Source: Candidatus Bathyarchaeia archaeon (GTDB lineage Archaea; Thermoproteota; Bathyarchaeia; Bathyarchaeales; Bathycorpusculaceae). Taken from it: a DNA stretch of 64,000 bases. Where the stretch lies: the NCBI GenBank assembly GCA_049521795.1, contig JBEKOM010000001.1, forward strand, positions 726,452 to 790,451, written 5' to 3'. This document shows positions 29,797 through 40,918 of the stretch, one piece after another; the first letter of the stretch is position 1, and every line of letters starts with the position of its first letter. The notes under the pieces are model-generated. The model worked only from the letters and a program-made list of their open reading frames with translations, did not search any database and was not told the origin of the DNA. Position numbers and translations under genes: made by a program.

Positions 29797-32700
29797 TTAC
29801 TGCCCTTCTGTCTCTTCCTTAGTTGAAACAACTATGAGCTTCATCTTGATCAGGACAAGGACTATGACCACAGCAACTATCGGAATCGCAACGAGAAGCA
29901 CGGTCAACAACGGGAAGCCTTGTTCTTCAGGAGCAACGATCAATGTCACGTTTGCCTGTCTCTGCTGATATCCGCTCTTTGCTAACGTGACCGTTATGTT
30001 CAGCGTGTCTGCTGGGGCTTGTGGAGCGGTTATGACGAACGTGCAGGTTCCAGTTGCGTCTGTAACATTCGTCAGTGGACCTCCGTACCCGTATGATATT
30101 GTGACGGTTGCACCCGCCGCTGATGTTGCGTCTTCTTTGCATGTTACTTGTATTGACACGGTTTCTTTTTGGCCTGACCTTAGTTTCGCTGGGGTCGTTT
30201 GAAAGCCAAACGTCCTAGGGTTCACTGTAATGTTCAGCTGGCCTGTGTTGTCAAGATATCCCGTTTTTGAAGCAGTTGCTGAAAACGTGAGATTGATGGC
30301 TGCATTAACTAGCGGTGCAGTGAAGGCGAATGTCACGTTGCCAAAGCCGTCTGTAATTCCTCCTGTCTGAGTGAAGCTTCCGTTGGCTGTCGTGATCGTG
30401 ACGTTTGCCCCTTGAATCGGAGTGTTTCCGTATCCAACATGTACCACGACGTTTGATTTCCCCTCTGAATAGGTGATGTATGAATCTGAAATGACGTTAA
30501 CTGAGAGAACCTTGGGCCTTATCTCGACCACCGTTTGACTCTCAGCGTCCACGTATCCGCTCTTCGTTGCCGTCGCAGTAACAGTCACGTTGATTCCCTC
30601 GCTCAATGAGGTTTGCGGTGCGGTGAAGACGAAGCTTGACGTGCCTGTTAGGTCTGTAAGCTGCGCTGGCGTGGAGAAGTTACCGCCAACGTCCGAGGTC
30701 ACGGTGACCGTTGCATTCACAACAGGGTTCGAGTCAAAAGTCACTCGCGCAGTTATGGTTGCTGTTCCTTCCGAAAGAATTACGTCGGGGCTGGAGGTCA
30801 CTTCCACAGCAAGTCTTCGAGGTTCAACGCTTACGATTACTTCTCCCTGTCCGTCAGCATATTGTAGCTTACTGGCTGTGGCGGTCACGGTGATGTTGAG
30901 TTGGCTCAGTGTCTGAGGGGCCGTTAGTGTAAATGCTGCTGAACCGTTTGAGTCTGTTGCTCCAGCATTAGCTGAAAGCGTGCCGGTGCTGCACGATAGT
31001 GCGAGGTTAGCCCCGGTTACGGGTTCTCCGGAGGCATCCGTCACGTAAACAGTTAATGCAGTCGTTTCTTCAGAAATTATCGCCGAAGGTAGAGGGATCA
31101 CCTGAACTATGAGCGGTGGAAGAACTCTGATGTACTTGTAGTCTGAACCGTCTGCGTACCCGTTCATTGAGGCTCTTGCGATTATTCTGACGTTCGTTGC
31201 CTCCGCGACATTTGGCGCCGTAAAGTTCGCTGTAAAGTACCCATTAGAGTCCGTTAACCCTGACTGGGGTGAAAATGCTCCGCCTCTTACTGAGAGCAGT
31301 GTGACGTTGGCGTTAGCAGCTCCGTTGCCTCCTGCTGACACATAAACCGTGACCGATGTTTGTCCGTTGTAGGCAACAGTGGAATTGCTCAGAGTGACTG
31401 ATGTCTCTAGCTGAGGAAGGTTTGCGACGGTTACCGTCGTGAAGGCAGGGGCGCTCAGGTTTCCGAAATCGTCCTCTACGGTGAGGCTGGCGACGTAGAT
31501 TCCGGTTGAAGAGTAGCTGTGATTGAAAAGTGACAGTGTAGTCCAACCGCTGTTTCCGGTGTCGTTGAAGTCGAAAAAGTATTGGTACACGCTTCCATCA
31601 TCCCGTGAGTCTGTTCCCACGAACATGACCGTTTGACCCGGTGCCACTAGAAGCTTGTCCGTCCAGAGAACTGCCGTTGGGGGCAAGTTGCTGTATGCAA
31701 ATGAGTGTGTCAGCCACGGTATGAAAACGAGGTTTGCGCCGTCGCCTCCGACGCTGTTTCCTTTTCCGTACGGGTTCAACGAGGTATGTTCCGGGCCGGT
31801 TTCTTGGCCCCAGTAATTGTGTGCTGCGTTAACCGTCCCATTGTATAAGGACGTTAGTTCAACGCCCTGGCCGTTCTCGTATATGTCGTTGAAGTAGATT
31901 TGGTGATCTGCGAAGCCATCGTATTCTATTCCGACGGTGTTGTTTGAGATGTAGTTGCCTGTGATGTACGTGCTGGTGTTGGCTGAGATGAAAAGTCCAC
32001 AGTTGTTTGACGTAACATTGTTCTCAGTTATGGTTGTGTTGCCTAGCGTGTAGGCCCCTAAGAGTATTCCATTTTGGTTGTTGGAAGAGATTTCGTTTTG
32101 TCTGATGTCTAATGGTCCATTCAATTGACCAGTTATGAGCATGCCGTTTCCGTTTGATGCTAATGTGTTGTTGTATACGTCCACTTGGTCACCGCCAGCT
32201 ATGAGGACGCCGTTTCCGTTTGAGTCTATGGTGTTGTTTTCTATGGAAACGAGGTATCCACCTGTTACGTTGATGGCGCTCATGCTGTCGTTCGCCAACT
32301 CGCTGTTTTGAACGGTGAGAGCGCCTCCGTTCGTCGTTATTCCGTTCTCAGAGTTGGAACGTATCACACTGTTTTGTACGTCTATGGAACCGTTATCCAG
32401 TGTCACTGCGTTTCTTGCGCCTTCGATGACACAGTTTATGAACAGTGACGGTTGTGTTCCGTTGATTTCGATCGTCTCCCAAGCGACAGTGCCGGACGGG
32501 TCGTTGGTTGTGAAATGAACGTTCCTCTCTGCGGTTCCGTTTGCCACGATTCCTCCGTTCACCATCAACGAAAAGTCTCCTCCGAACCTGACCTCAACGC
32601 CAGGCTCGATTGTGAGCGTTGCCCCCGGGTTGACGGTCACGTTGTTAGAAAGAACGATCGGGCTGTCCACTAGGGTCCATATTGTGTCCTGCGTGATCAC

Positions 32701-32808
32701 GCCTTCAACATATGTGGCCTTGACGGTGGGCAGGCTTTTGTACACGATGTTTAGAGAACCAAATACCAAGATGAATAGGATGAATAGTAACGTGAATTGT
32801 TTCTTCAT
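29797..32808 (-). CDS. Membrane-anchored surface protein: parallel beta-helix, PKD and about five Big-1/invasin-type Ig repeats
   Basis: Signal peptide MKKQFTLLF, Asn-rich beta-helix repeats, PKD (YFFDFND...HSYSSTG.Y), repeated TD..G...F.FTAP, C-terminal TM. Confidence 0.85.
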   Translation of the reverse strand: MKKQFTLLFILFILVFGSLNIVYKSLPTVKATYVEGVITQDTIWTLVDSPIVLSNNVTVNPGATLTIEPGVEVRFGGDFSLMVNGGIVANGTAERNVHFTTNDPSGTVAWETIEINGTQPSLFINCVIEGARNAVTLDNGSIDVQNSVIRSNSENGITTNGGALTVQNSELANDSMSAINVTGGYLVSIENNTIDSNGNGVLIAGGDQVDVYNNTLASNGNGMLITGQLNGPLDIRQNEISSNNQNGILLGAYTLGNTTITENNVTSNNCGLFISANTSTYITGNYISNNTVGIEYDGFADHQIYFNDIYENGQGVELTSLYNGTVNAAHNYWGQETGPEHTSLNPYGKGNSVGGDGANLVFIPWLTHSFAYSNLPPTAVLWTDKLLVAPGQTVMFVGTDSRDDGSVYQYFFDFNDTGNSGWTTLSLFNHSYSSTGIYVASLTVEDDFGNLSAPAFTTVTVANLPQLETSVTLSNSTVAYNGQTSVTVYVSAGGNGAANANVTLLSVRGGAFSPQSGLTDSNGYFTANFTAPNVAEATNVRIIARASMNGYADGSDYKYIRVLPPLIVQVIPLPSAIISEETTALTVYVTDASGEPVTGANLALSCSTGTLSANAGATDSNGSAAFTLTAPQTLSQLNITVTATASKLQYADGQGEVIVSVEPRRLAVEVTSSPDVILSEGTATITARVTFDSNPVVNATVTVTSDVGGNFSTPAQLTDLTGTSSFVFTAPQTSLSEGINVTVTATATKSGYVDAESQTVVEIRPKVLSVNVISDSYITYSEGKSNVVVHVGYGNTPIQGANVTITTANGSFTQTGGITDGFGNVTFAFTAPLVNAAINLTFSATASKTGYLDNTGQLNITVNPRTFGFQTTPAKLRSGQKETVSIQVTCKEDATSAAGATVTISYGYGGPLTNVTDATGTCTFVITAPQAPADTLNITVTLAKSGYQQRQANVTLIVAPEEQGFPLLTVLLVAIPIVAVVIVLVLIKMKLIVVSTKEETEGQ

Positions 32809-32990
32809 GGGGAAGCATCCACTTTGTAGTCTAGCTTGTGCTATTCCTCTTGTCCGTGCCAGCTTAAGCGTTATGAATTCAGGATAAAACTTCAAAATCT
32901 TGAGCTTAATGGTTTTCTAGTTATGCGTGGTTGAGCAAGAGATTTAACGAAGTGCAAGAACAAGCTGATCCACAATTGGGAGGGGACTGC

Positions 32991-33764
32991 TTGAAAAGTT
33001 TCACTGCGTTCGCTCTGGAAGGTTTTCCGCTTGTGAAGCCAGGAGACAACGTTGCGAAAATCATCGTTGAGACCTGTGAAAAGAACGGCTTCAGGATTCA
33101 GGAAGACGACGTGATCGTTGTGGCGCAGAAGGTCTTCTCGAAGGCTGAGAATCGCTTGTCCATGCTGAGAGAAGTTGTTCCTTCACGAAGAGCCCAGGAG
33201 CTTGCCAAGACGACTGGGAAGAGTCCGAGGTTCGTGGAGCTTGTCTTGAGCGAGACTGCGAACGTGCTCAAGGCTTCTAATGAAGTGCTGCTGGTCGAGG
33301 ACAAGCGCGGTTTGATATGTATAAACGCTGGAATAGACAAGTCGAACGTTGAGGGGAGAGGAAACTTTGCGTTGTTGCCCGAGAACCCTGATGAGTCCGC
33401 GAAAAAGTGCCGCTCGGAATTGAAGAAGCTGACAGGCCTGAACGTAGCCGTGATCGTTTGCGACACTTACAGTCGCCCTTTCAGGCGAGGGCAGGTGAAC
33501 TTTGCGATAGGAGCTGCTGGAATCAACCCGTTCAGGGATTATCGCGGGACGCGGGATCTGTTCGGACAGGTTTTGAAGGTCAAGAACGTTGCCGTGTTGG
33601 ATGAGGTTGCTGCCGCAGCGGAGTTGCTCATGGGACAGGGTAAGGAAGCAAGGCCCGTCGTCGTTTTGAGAGGCACAGACGGTTCTTTCGATCAGTGCAA
33701 TGAGTGCGCCGCAAGTGAGTTGAGCATCTCTCGGAGCGAAGACCTCTTCAGAGGTGTCCTTTGA
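32991..33764 (+). CDS. cofE: Coenzyme F420-0:L-glutamate ligase
   Basis: PLVKPGD, QKVFSKAE, NAGIDKSN, LLPENPD, DTYSRPFRRG, DEVAAAAELLMGQ; TTG start after GGAGG. Confidence 0.92.
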   Translation: MKSFTAFALEGFPLVKPGDNVAKIIVETCEKNGFRIQEDDVIVVAQKVFSKAENRLSMLREVVPSRRAQELAKTTGKSPRFVELVLSETANVLKASNEVLLVEDKRGLICINAGIDKSNVEGRGNFALLPENPDESAKKCRSELKKLTGLNVAVIVCDTYSRPFRRGQVNFAIGAAGINPFRDYRGTRDLFGQVLKVKNVAVLDEVAAAAELLMGQGKEARPVVVLRGTDGSFDQCNECAASELSISRSEDLFRGVL

Positions 33765-33970
33765 GACTCAGGTTGGCACGTTTTTCCATGCGATCTGGTG
33801 TGATTTCGGTCGCTGTCATGGTAAGATTTCAGCCCAACTGCACTGTACAGCGAAGGCGGAAGTTTAGAAGTTGCTCGGCATGTCTTGCGAGAAATCCGAT
33901 TTTTCTCTTCGTGTTTGAAAAGGCCGTGGATTTTTTGGTTTCTCTCTTTTCTGTTCCCTTTTTCTTGGAT

Positions 33971-33986
33971 GGAAAACCTTTTAAAT
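33971..33986 (+). promoter_or_regulatory. BRE-TATA promoter of the probable S-layer gene
   Basis: GGAAAACC-TTTTAAAT about 42 nt upstream of ATG 34028. Confidence 0.6.
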
Positions 33987-34027
33987 CGAATGGTTACAAA
34001 CTATAGAAAGAACAATTTAAATGAGGA

Positions 34028-37000
34028 ATGAAAATGCAAAAAAAGAAAATGCTTATTGCAACGATAGTAACCGTAACAATATTTCTATCGATGTTCAGTG
34101 CAATAAATCTAACGAGAGGAGTTAACGATAGCTCTTCTTTCTATACAGTTGCCAACGGCAATCTCAACACTGACACCTACTCCCAGTATCCGTTTGAAGC
34201 AAACAACGTAAGCTTCGGCTTCTCACAATTTGGTGAACTAATCGGCATCGCACCAGGTGATAACCAATTAGTACAGGGAAACTGGCACGGCATGAGCTAC
34301 GATGGTAACGACCCATTCGCTCGGAACACTCCGCTGATTGGACAGCATCAATGGATCAACGGTTGGTACCTTTACATCAGCTACATCGACCCCAATGAGC
34401 CTAATAAGGACAGGAACCTGTGGGCATTCGCACTGTTTTCTGACGGTCACGTAGCCGGCGGAGACTGGATAATCAACGTAACTGGCACTCCGACTAGCCC
34501 GCCCTACGGTGGCAGGAAAACCAACGGAATGGTCGTCACAGATCCGCTGCAGGTGCTCTACAACGGTCCAAGAGAGTACATAGCTCAGGCAACCAACCAC
34601 ATCTATGACAACGACGGCACAGTCCAGTGGCCAGTGGTCGATCTGATCATAACCATGATCTTCGACAAAGTTTCCAAGCAAGTGGTTCTGTACAAGGATG
34701 TAAAGGTCACGATCGAAAAATTGAACCTATGGGGCAAGCTTGACGTACAACTGAGCGACCGTGAAGAATACGACCTCGGACCATCACCAAACTTCGCTAG
34801 CTACGCCCACTTCTACGAAGAACAAGGAGTTACCTGCTACACACCAAGCTGGTCAATCGCACAGAACCTGACCACAGACTACATCGAGCACCAAGTAGGA
34901 TCCACCACACACACCATAAATCCAGACGGCTCATGGACCTACACACTACATCCACCCAACAGTGATCCAGTCTCTCCAGATTACATGAAAGTGTACATAG
35001 ACGGCGCTTTCCAAGACCCAAGCATACAACCAGCACCTTACAACGTAACCTATGGAACCACTACAACTGTCACCTTTACCACGCCACCAGATACAACTTC
35101 CGTGTTGGAGTTCCGCTACAAGTACGTGCGCAAAAGCGCAGAATCTGTGATAACCGATGGGGCAGGCTTTACGACGAGCACCACTGGTGTGCCCATATCA
35201 TGGACAGACCAATACGACTATGCACAGGTGATATCCTCCGACAATCTGTTCGTGGCTTGGGCTGCCTTTTGGCCACCGACATCTTCGCACACGGTCGACG
35301 GCATTCTAAACTTCTTGCAGCCGTTCTATAACACGAGAGTAGACACTTTGAGCAGCGCACCGAAGCGATCTCCACTCATAATAGGCCAATGGGACATTGC
35401 GATGGACCCTGCAACATTGCCGATGTTCAGAGCAGTTGAAGTCAAAGGCATAGCAAACTATCACAATGCACAAGATCCTCAAGAAACCGGGAAATACTTG
35501 GGGACAACACTTGACATTGAAGCTCACTACCAGCTTGACTCAGTCTTCACACCGTACGACCTGAACAGCGCCATAACGAAGAACCTCAACACTTGGGTGG
35601 ACTACCACACGATAACAGCAGCCAACCTGCTATCCCCAACGCTCATGATCGGCCTGTCTCAATTCCCAGTGCACTATGTTCCTATTTGGGAGACTTACAA
35701 CAACCAATCTGAAAGAGTGTTCCTTAATGATGTGCTACAGTATCCAATTAGAACTAAGACTGGATTTGATCCTACCTACGAACTCTACACATTGGGGGAC
35801 GGCACAGGCTACATATACTTCCCTGACACCACGATCTTCAGCAAGGGAGACGTGATAAAGATCATCTACGCAACAGACGTGTGCAACAAAACGAACGGCT
35901 TCACTCTCACCTCGCAAACGGCGTTCAACGTAACGACAAACGGTTTCAACTTCGGTGAAGGCGCCGGTAGTTTGGCAATGGGCGCGAATTGGGAGGACAC
36001 GTTGGATGTCAGTCACAACATAGACGTCGAAGACTTCAGCGGCACGTTCAATAACGTGACAGCCGCCGGCAACACAACGTGGGCATACAGCGGAGGAATG
36101 GTCTGGGAAGCAAAAGACTTCACAGTGTTCAAAGAAGACACCACAAGCCTTGAGATAGGCAGCAACAACTTCGCGACGATCCTTGAGCCAGCAAATGGGT
36201 CAGCGCCGTTTTACAACATGACAATGTCATTGGCAAACTTGAGAATAAAATGGCAAATAACCGGTCCAGACGACGGCACCTTGTTCACTGACCTTAAAGA
36301 TGTTGAAGTCGATCATTGGGACTTCTTCGTGAACTACACAGTGACAGTGAAATACTTTAACAACACTTCTACCGGAATCAATTACTTCAATGTGAGTGCA
36401 ACACTTACCTTTACGCCTCGTTGGACCAGCTTCCTGTACAAGGAAGAGATACCTGGAAGGTACGAATGGGGCATCGTCGGGACGAAGGCTGCTTCCGTCG
36501 ACTCTGCAGGTCTAGCAATGATCACGGCTGCTTTGAAGGACAAAGAAGTAGAGTACGGTATATCAGGCGAGGACATAAACGACACACAGAGCGCTAACCA
36601 GATGCCATGGATATTCAGTCCCATGAGCACTGGCACAAGCACACCGTGGAGTCCCTACTACTATAGCACGACGGACCTCAGAACAGGACTCAAAGACGAC
36701 TGGGACCCAGTGGGCTATGACTGGCAGATCGCAGGAGCCAACTTAGTAGGCTCGGGCGGTCCGCTCGCGAACATGCTCGCGTACTACGGCAACGACTTTA
36801 CAACAGCCTTCTACGGTCTAGGCCAGTTCACACCATACACGCCTTGGAATGGCGCTATAGTTGCACTATCATGCTGGAACTCGACGGCCCAGAAGGCACA
36901 CGTGGACACGAACAAATATGGCTACGCGGTGGTTTCAACATTCGAAGACCTCAACGGAACAACAGGACTGCTCGTTTGGGGCAACTGGGGCCGAGACACC

Positions 37001-37246
37001 TACTACGCTGCCAACTGGTTCTACATGGATCTCATACAGGAATTCCAAAGCTTCCCATGCGGCGCAACGAGCATCGTACTACAGATCGTCTACAACACAA
37101 CAACCTTTAAGCCAAAAGCTTTCAACGTCGTCGAAGTGCTGGGCACGATAAGCGAAACAGGAATCGTTGACGCAATGAATACGCTACCATACGTATGGGA
37201 TGCTAATACTCCTCCACTAAAAGGCGGAATACACCCCGACCCATAA
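34028..37246 (+). CDS. Probable S-layer protein (large secreted glycoprotein)
   Basis: 1072 aa, signal peptide, many N-x-S/T sequons, C-ending codon bias suggesting high expression, strong promoter and terminator, next to the GT cluster. Confidence 0.65.
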   Translation: MKMQKKKMLIATIVTVTIFLSMFSAINLTRGVNDSSSFYTVANGNLNTDTYSQYPFEANNVSFGFSQFGELIGIAPGDNQLVQGNWHGMSYDGNDPFARNTPLIGQHQWINGWYLYISYIDPNEPNKDRNLWAFALFSDGHVAGGDWIINVTGTPTSPPYGGRKTNGMVVTDPLQVLYNGPREYIAQATNHIYDNDGTVQWPVVDLIITMIFDKVSKQVVLYKDVKVTIEKLNLWGKLDVQLSDREEYDLGPSPNFASYAHFYEEQGVTCYTPSWSIAQNLTTDYIEHQVGSTTHTINPDGSWTYTLHPPNSDPVSPDYMKVYIDGAFQDPSIQPAPYNVTYGTTTTVTFTTPPDTTSVLEFRYKYVRKSAESVITDGAGFTTSTTGVPISWTDQYDYAQVISSDNLFVAWAAFWPPTSSHTVDGILNFLQPFYNTRVDTLSSAPKRSPLIIGQWDIAMDPATLPMFRAVEVKGIANYHNAQDPQETGKYLGTTLDIEAHYQLDSVFTPYDLNSAITKNLNTWVDYHTITAANLLSPTLMIGLSQFPVHYVPIWETYNNQSERVFLNDVLQYPIRTKTGFDPTYELYTLGDGTGYIYFPDTTIFSKGDVIKIIYATDVCNKTNGFTLTSQTAFNVTTNGFNFGEGAGSLAMGANWEDTLDVSHNIDVEDFSGTFNNVTAAGNTTWAYSGGMVWEAKDFTVFKEDTTSLEIGSNNFATILEPANGSAPFYNMTMSLANLRIKWQITGPDDGTLFTDLKDVEVDHWDFFVNYTVTVKYFNNTSTGINYFNVSATLTFTPRWTSFLYKEEIPGRYEWGIVGTKAASVDSAGLAMITAALKDKEVEYGISGEDINDTQSANQMPWIFSPMSTGTSTPWSPYYYSTTDLRTGLKDDWDPVGYDWQIAGANLVGSGGPLANMLAYYGNDFTTAFYGLGQFTPYTPWNGAIVALSCWNSTAQKAHVDTNKYGYAVVSTFEDLNGTTGLLVWGNWGRDTYYAANWFYMDLIQEFQSFPCGATSIVLQIVYNTTTFKPKAFNVVEVLGTISETGIVDAMNTLPYVWDANTPPLKGGIHPDP

Positions 37247-37251
37247 AAACC

Positions 37252-37293
37252 ATCCCCACCTTTTTTCTTTACCCCAATTTTTTAACAGTTTTT
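37252..37293 (+). terminator. Oligo-U archaeal terminator
   Basis: CCCCACCTTTTTTCTTT...TTTTTT...TTTTT directly after the stop. Confidence 0.65.
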
Positions 37294-37406
37294 CAATACG
37301 AAAATTCAAAATCAGAGCGGACCTTCTCAGGCGAGGTCAGGCCAGAACAGGACTTGGTTCTCTAACAGTGCACGACAGCAAATCACCGTCTACCGGGTGA
37401 AGATAA

Positions 37407-38552
37407 TTATTCAAACTTTCGCGAATAAACCTTCTTCACAACGCTTAGGATCTTGCTCTCAAAAACTGAACTGTCAAAGTCCATGGCTCGCCTGCGAGCC
37501 CTAGCAGACACTTCGATCCTCAACTCATCGTTTTCCAATAGCATCCTGATCTTCTCAGCAGCGTCCGAAATGCTTCCGTAAGAAAACCCGTAAACGCCCT
37601 CCTTTCCCTCAAGTATGTCAAGCCATGGCCCTCCGTTTCTGGGAACAACAGGAACACACCCAGCAGCCATAGCTTCGACAACAGACATGCCAAAAGGCTC
37701 ATGTGGCAGAGTTCTAAGGAATACTTTGGCTGTAAGCAAGGCTTCCAAAAATTCTGAAGATGATACGTTTGTCAGCACCTTTGTTCTGTCTCTTACATTC
37801 GATTCGGTGATCATTTCGTGCAATTTTTCAAGCACGCCTCTTGAAGTTGCGTCGCTTGGTCCAACGATTAGGAAATTTGCATTCGGCACCATTTCTGCGA
37901 TTTTTGGGATGTGCTCAAGATTTTGTTCGGGCAAGAATCTCGAAGCTGAAACCACGGTATTCTTGCGAGTCCCGTTCTTTTTTGTCGAGACGAACCTTCG
38001 CAGGTTGATTGGCGGATAAGCAACCAGGGCCTCTCGTCTGAGACATTTCCAAATTATCTCTTGACTGAACTTTGAATTTGCTACAATGGTGGTCGTGCCT
38101 AGCCTATCAACGGTCTTCAAGAGCAAGTTGTATAATTTGCTGTAACACTTCCTCTTGACACCTATGTCAGGAAGCGTGAATGCACATCTAAGCGGCGTGC
38201 CGTTCACATACACGATATCAGCGATGGAATTCACTTTTTCTCCACAGGTACTTATCAACAATTTGTCTTTCTTCACTAGCCTTAACAGCAAAAGTTCTGC
38301 AAAGTAGAACCCTAGTAGAAGAAGTCCATGCGCTAGGGGAGACGCAGTTTCTGGCAAGCTTGGCAAGAGGCTGCGCTCTTGACTTGGACAACGCTGGTCA
38401 AGAATCCTTTTCAACCGGTTCCAGTCTGTTCTATCAACTGTAACAACAACCACTTTGTGTCCCTCCTGACGCAACGCTTTGACCAATGATAAGCAAACAA
38501 GTTCACCCCCGCCAGCAGAATTCAATGAGGGATGAGCCAGAACTATTTCCAT
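37407..38552 (-). CDS. Glycosyltransferase family 4
   Basis: GGGELV, IVANSKFS, YPP, EPFGMSVVEAMAAG. Confidence 0.92.
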   Translation of the reverse strand: MEIVLAHPSLNSAGGGELVCLSLVKALRQEGHKVVVVTVDRTDWNRLKRILDQRCPSQERSLLPSLPETASPLAHGLLLLGFYFAELLLLRLVKKDKLLISTCGEKVNSIADIVYVNGTPLRCAFTLPDIGVKRKCYSKLYNLLLKTVDRLGTTTIVANSKFSQEIIWKCLRREALVAYPPINLRRFVSTKKNGTRKNTVVSASRFLPEQNLEHIPKIAEMVPNANFLIVGPSDATSRGVLEKLHEMITESNVRDRTKVLTNVSSSEFLEALLTAKVFLRTLPHEPFGMSVVEAMAAGCVPVVPRNGGPWLDILEGKEGVYGFSYGSISDAAEKIRMLLENDELRIEVSARARRRAMDFDSSVFESKILSVVKKVYSRKFE

Positions 38553-38740
38553 CTCAAGGCCACGCTTACAAATGCTAATAATACAACTAATATTTATTTT
38601 GAGCAACATTAACACTGTTGATGGCGGCAGGACTTTCCTAATAACTCGCAACATTTAAATTTGCATGCCTCAAGAACGTCTTTCACAAGATTTAGAACTA
38701 CCGCGAGCTATTGAACGAATAAAGGGAGAGGCAAAAGGAA

Positions 38741-40822
38741 TTGATATCGAGTCTTTGGAGAAGACTGAAAAGTATTTTTGGAAAGATGCTACGCGGAAGT
38801 CGGTACAACTACCTTATTCTCATATGTATTATTGCATACGGAATCATCTTCTCTTATTATACCGTTATGAAACATTATGGGTTTGGTACATTCGCATGGG
38901 ACTTAGGAATATTTGACCAGTCATTTTACACGACACTGTTTAGTGGAAAACTCTTCTACTACACAGCAGAGCTTTATTTAAATCCAAGTGGATGCTATTT
39001 TGGAGTGCATTTCAGCCCGATACTATTCGTTCTTTTGCCCTTTTACGCGGTTCATCCGTCCGCAACCACTTTGCTTGTACTTCAGTCTTTCATACTAGCC
39101 CTAGGGGCTCTACCTCTCTATCTGCTAGCTTCTGAGATGCTGAAGAGTAAGAAAGCTGGTTTTGTGTTGGGGATAGCCTATCTACTTTATCCAGCTCTTC
39201 AGGGAGCGAACTGGTTTGACTTTCACCAGCAAGCCTTCATCCCGCTTCTAATTTTCTCTCTATGCTATTTCCTTGTGAAGAAGAAGTGGAAGCTTTATTT
39301 CATCTCCGTCTTGCTTGCCCTAACGGTGGAAGAACATGTAGCGCCAATTATTCTTCTTATGGCTGTTTATTTTCTGTTAACCTCCTCGGACATACGTTCA
39401 GCTATAGGATCAATTAGACATTTACAGTTTCGACCAAGTGTAACTTCCAAGGTTTTATCAACAACGATGGCCATGTCTGTGATCTGGTATTTCATTGCTA
39501 GATACGTTCGGGATCTTTTCCCGATCGCTCCTGCCTTTTTGAATCTTTATCGTGCGACAAGTACTTTCCAAGTCCTTGGATTTCAAGGGGACATACTTTC
39601 GTTACCTGCTTATGTGCTACTCAACCCTCGGCTCGCGTTAGAAGCTCTTCTGAGCGACTACTATCTCAAATTCTTCTACATCATATTTCTTTTCGCCCCA
39701 CTTCTCTTCCTTTCCTTTAGAAGCAAATTCTGCTTAGTAGCGCTTATCATTCTTGCACCGTTCCTTCTTACAAATTACGGACCATATTACATGGTAGGCG
39801 CGCAATACGCACTATACATAGTGCCACTCGTTTTTTTGGCAGCGCTTGAGGGTCTAGGTCATCAGCACATCCTTTCGAAACAACTACCAGCACAACAGCG
39901 TAATTCTACTTCAAAGGTGCATGTCAATGACATAGAATCATCCCTTAGAACTATTGTGATTGTTTCGCTAATCTTCGTCATTTCGTTGAGCCCCATCAGC
40001 CCTCTAGCTTACAATTTAGTAGGGCAACCGCAGCTTCTTTGGTACGCCCGTCCAAACTCCAATGCGAGATACGTTGAGTCAATGCAAGACATGATAAAAC
40101 TGATACCATCCAATGCTTCCATATTGGCTCAAAACATCGTGTTTCCACATGTTTCAAATAGGATAAACGCATATGTTATTCCTGTCATAGACTCACCATC
40201 TGAACATGAGGCACTTATAAAATACATCAATCAGCAGATAGACGAAACTGACTACGTGTTACTAGACCTAAACACATACGACATATGGAGGTCCTTCGTG
40301 TTAAGCGAGATTACCAATGACAAACGTTTTAGCGTATACGCCGTCGGAGGTTCATTGGTCTTGTTTAGGAAGAGCTATGAGGGCCCGATGATCTTTGTAC
40401 CCTACGCTGAATACGAAATCTTCGATTACAGAGACTTCTCAGTTGGCTCTGGACAGGTAGTCAAAGACGATTCTTCAAATAGTGGTTATGTGGACCTCTC
40501 ACAAGGAGGTGTTAATAATGGTACGTTTATTTACGGCCCATACGCTTGTTTGCCATCCGCAACTTACAATGTCACTTTTGAAATTAAAGTGCGGAACTAC
40601 ACCGACGGTCTTTTGGCATCTTTTGATGTCAGTGACGAGAATGGCGGCGTGGTTTTGACCAGTAAAGACCTTTACAATGCTGACATTCATGACCAAGGGT
40701 GGAACAATTTGACAATGACTTTTTCAACAGCGATGTTCAGGTCAAGTCTTGAGTTTCGAATTTTCACAACTAGTCTTGCAGATATTTACGTGGACCGTAT
40801 TATCGTTAGAGTATCTAGCTAG
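38741..40822 (+). CDS. DUF2079-like polytopic membrane protein (GT-C-like)
   Basis: AWDLGIFDQS, FGVHFSPIL, FDFH, about 11 TMs and a C-terminal extracellular domain. Confidence 0.8.
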   Translation: MISSLWRRLKSIFGKMLRGSRYNYLILICIIAYGIIFSYYTVMKHYGFGTFAWDLGIFDQSFYTTLFSGKLFYYTAELYLNPSGCYFGVHFSPILFVLLPFYAVHPSATTLLVLQSFILALGALPLYLLASEMLKSKKAGFVLGIAYLLYPALQGANWFDFHQQAFIPLLIFSLCYFLVKKKWKLYFISVLLALTVEEHVAPIILLMAVYFLLTSSDIRSAIGSIRHLQFRPSVTSKVLSTTMAMSVIWYFIARYVRDLFPIAPAFLNLYRATSTFQVLGFQGDILSLPAYVLLNPRLALEALLSDYYLKFFYIIFLFAPLLFLSFRSKFCLVALIILAPFLLTNYGPYYMVGAQYALYIVPLVFLAALEGLGHQHILSKQLPAQQRNSTSKVHVNDIESSLRTIVIVSLIFVISLSPISPLAYNLVGQPQLLWYARPNSNARYVESMQDMIKLIPSNASILAQNIVFPHVSNRINAYVIPVIDSPSEHEALIKYINQQIDETDYVLLDLNTYDIWRSFVLSEITNDKRFSVYAVGGSLVLFRKSYEGPMIFVPYAEYEIFDYRDFSVGSGQVVKDDSSNSGYVDLSQGGVNNGTFIYGPYACLPSATYNVTFEIKVRNYTDGLLASFDVSDENGGVVLTSKDLYNADIHDQGWNNLTMTFSTAMFRSSLEFRIFTTSLADIYVDRIIVRVSS

Positions 40823-40918
40823 CGCAATCAAGAGCGATGGGGCGCCTGCCCCTTGAATCGATCCGTCTGCGTATAATCATCTTTAGTAGCATAAGGTAGT
40901 GACACGCGCCTGTTTCTC

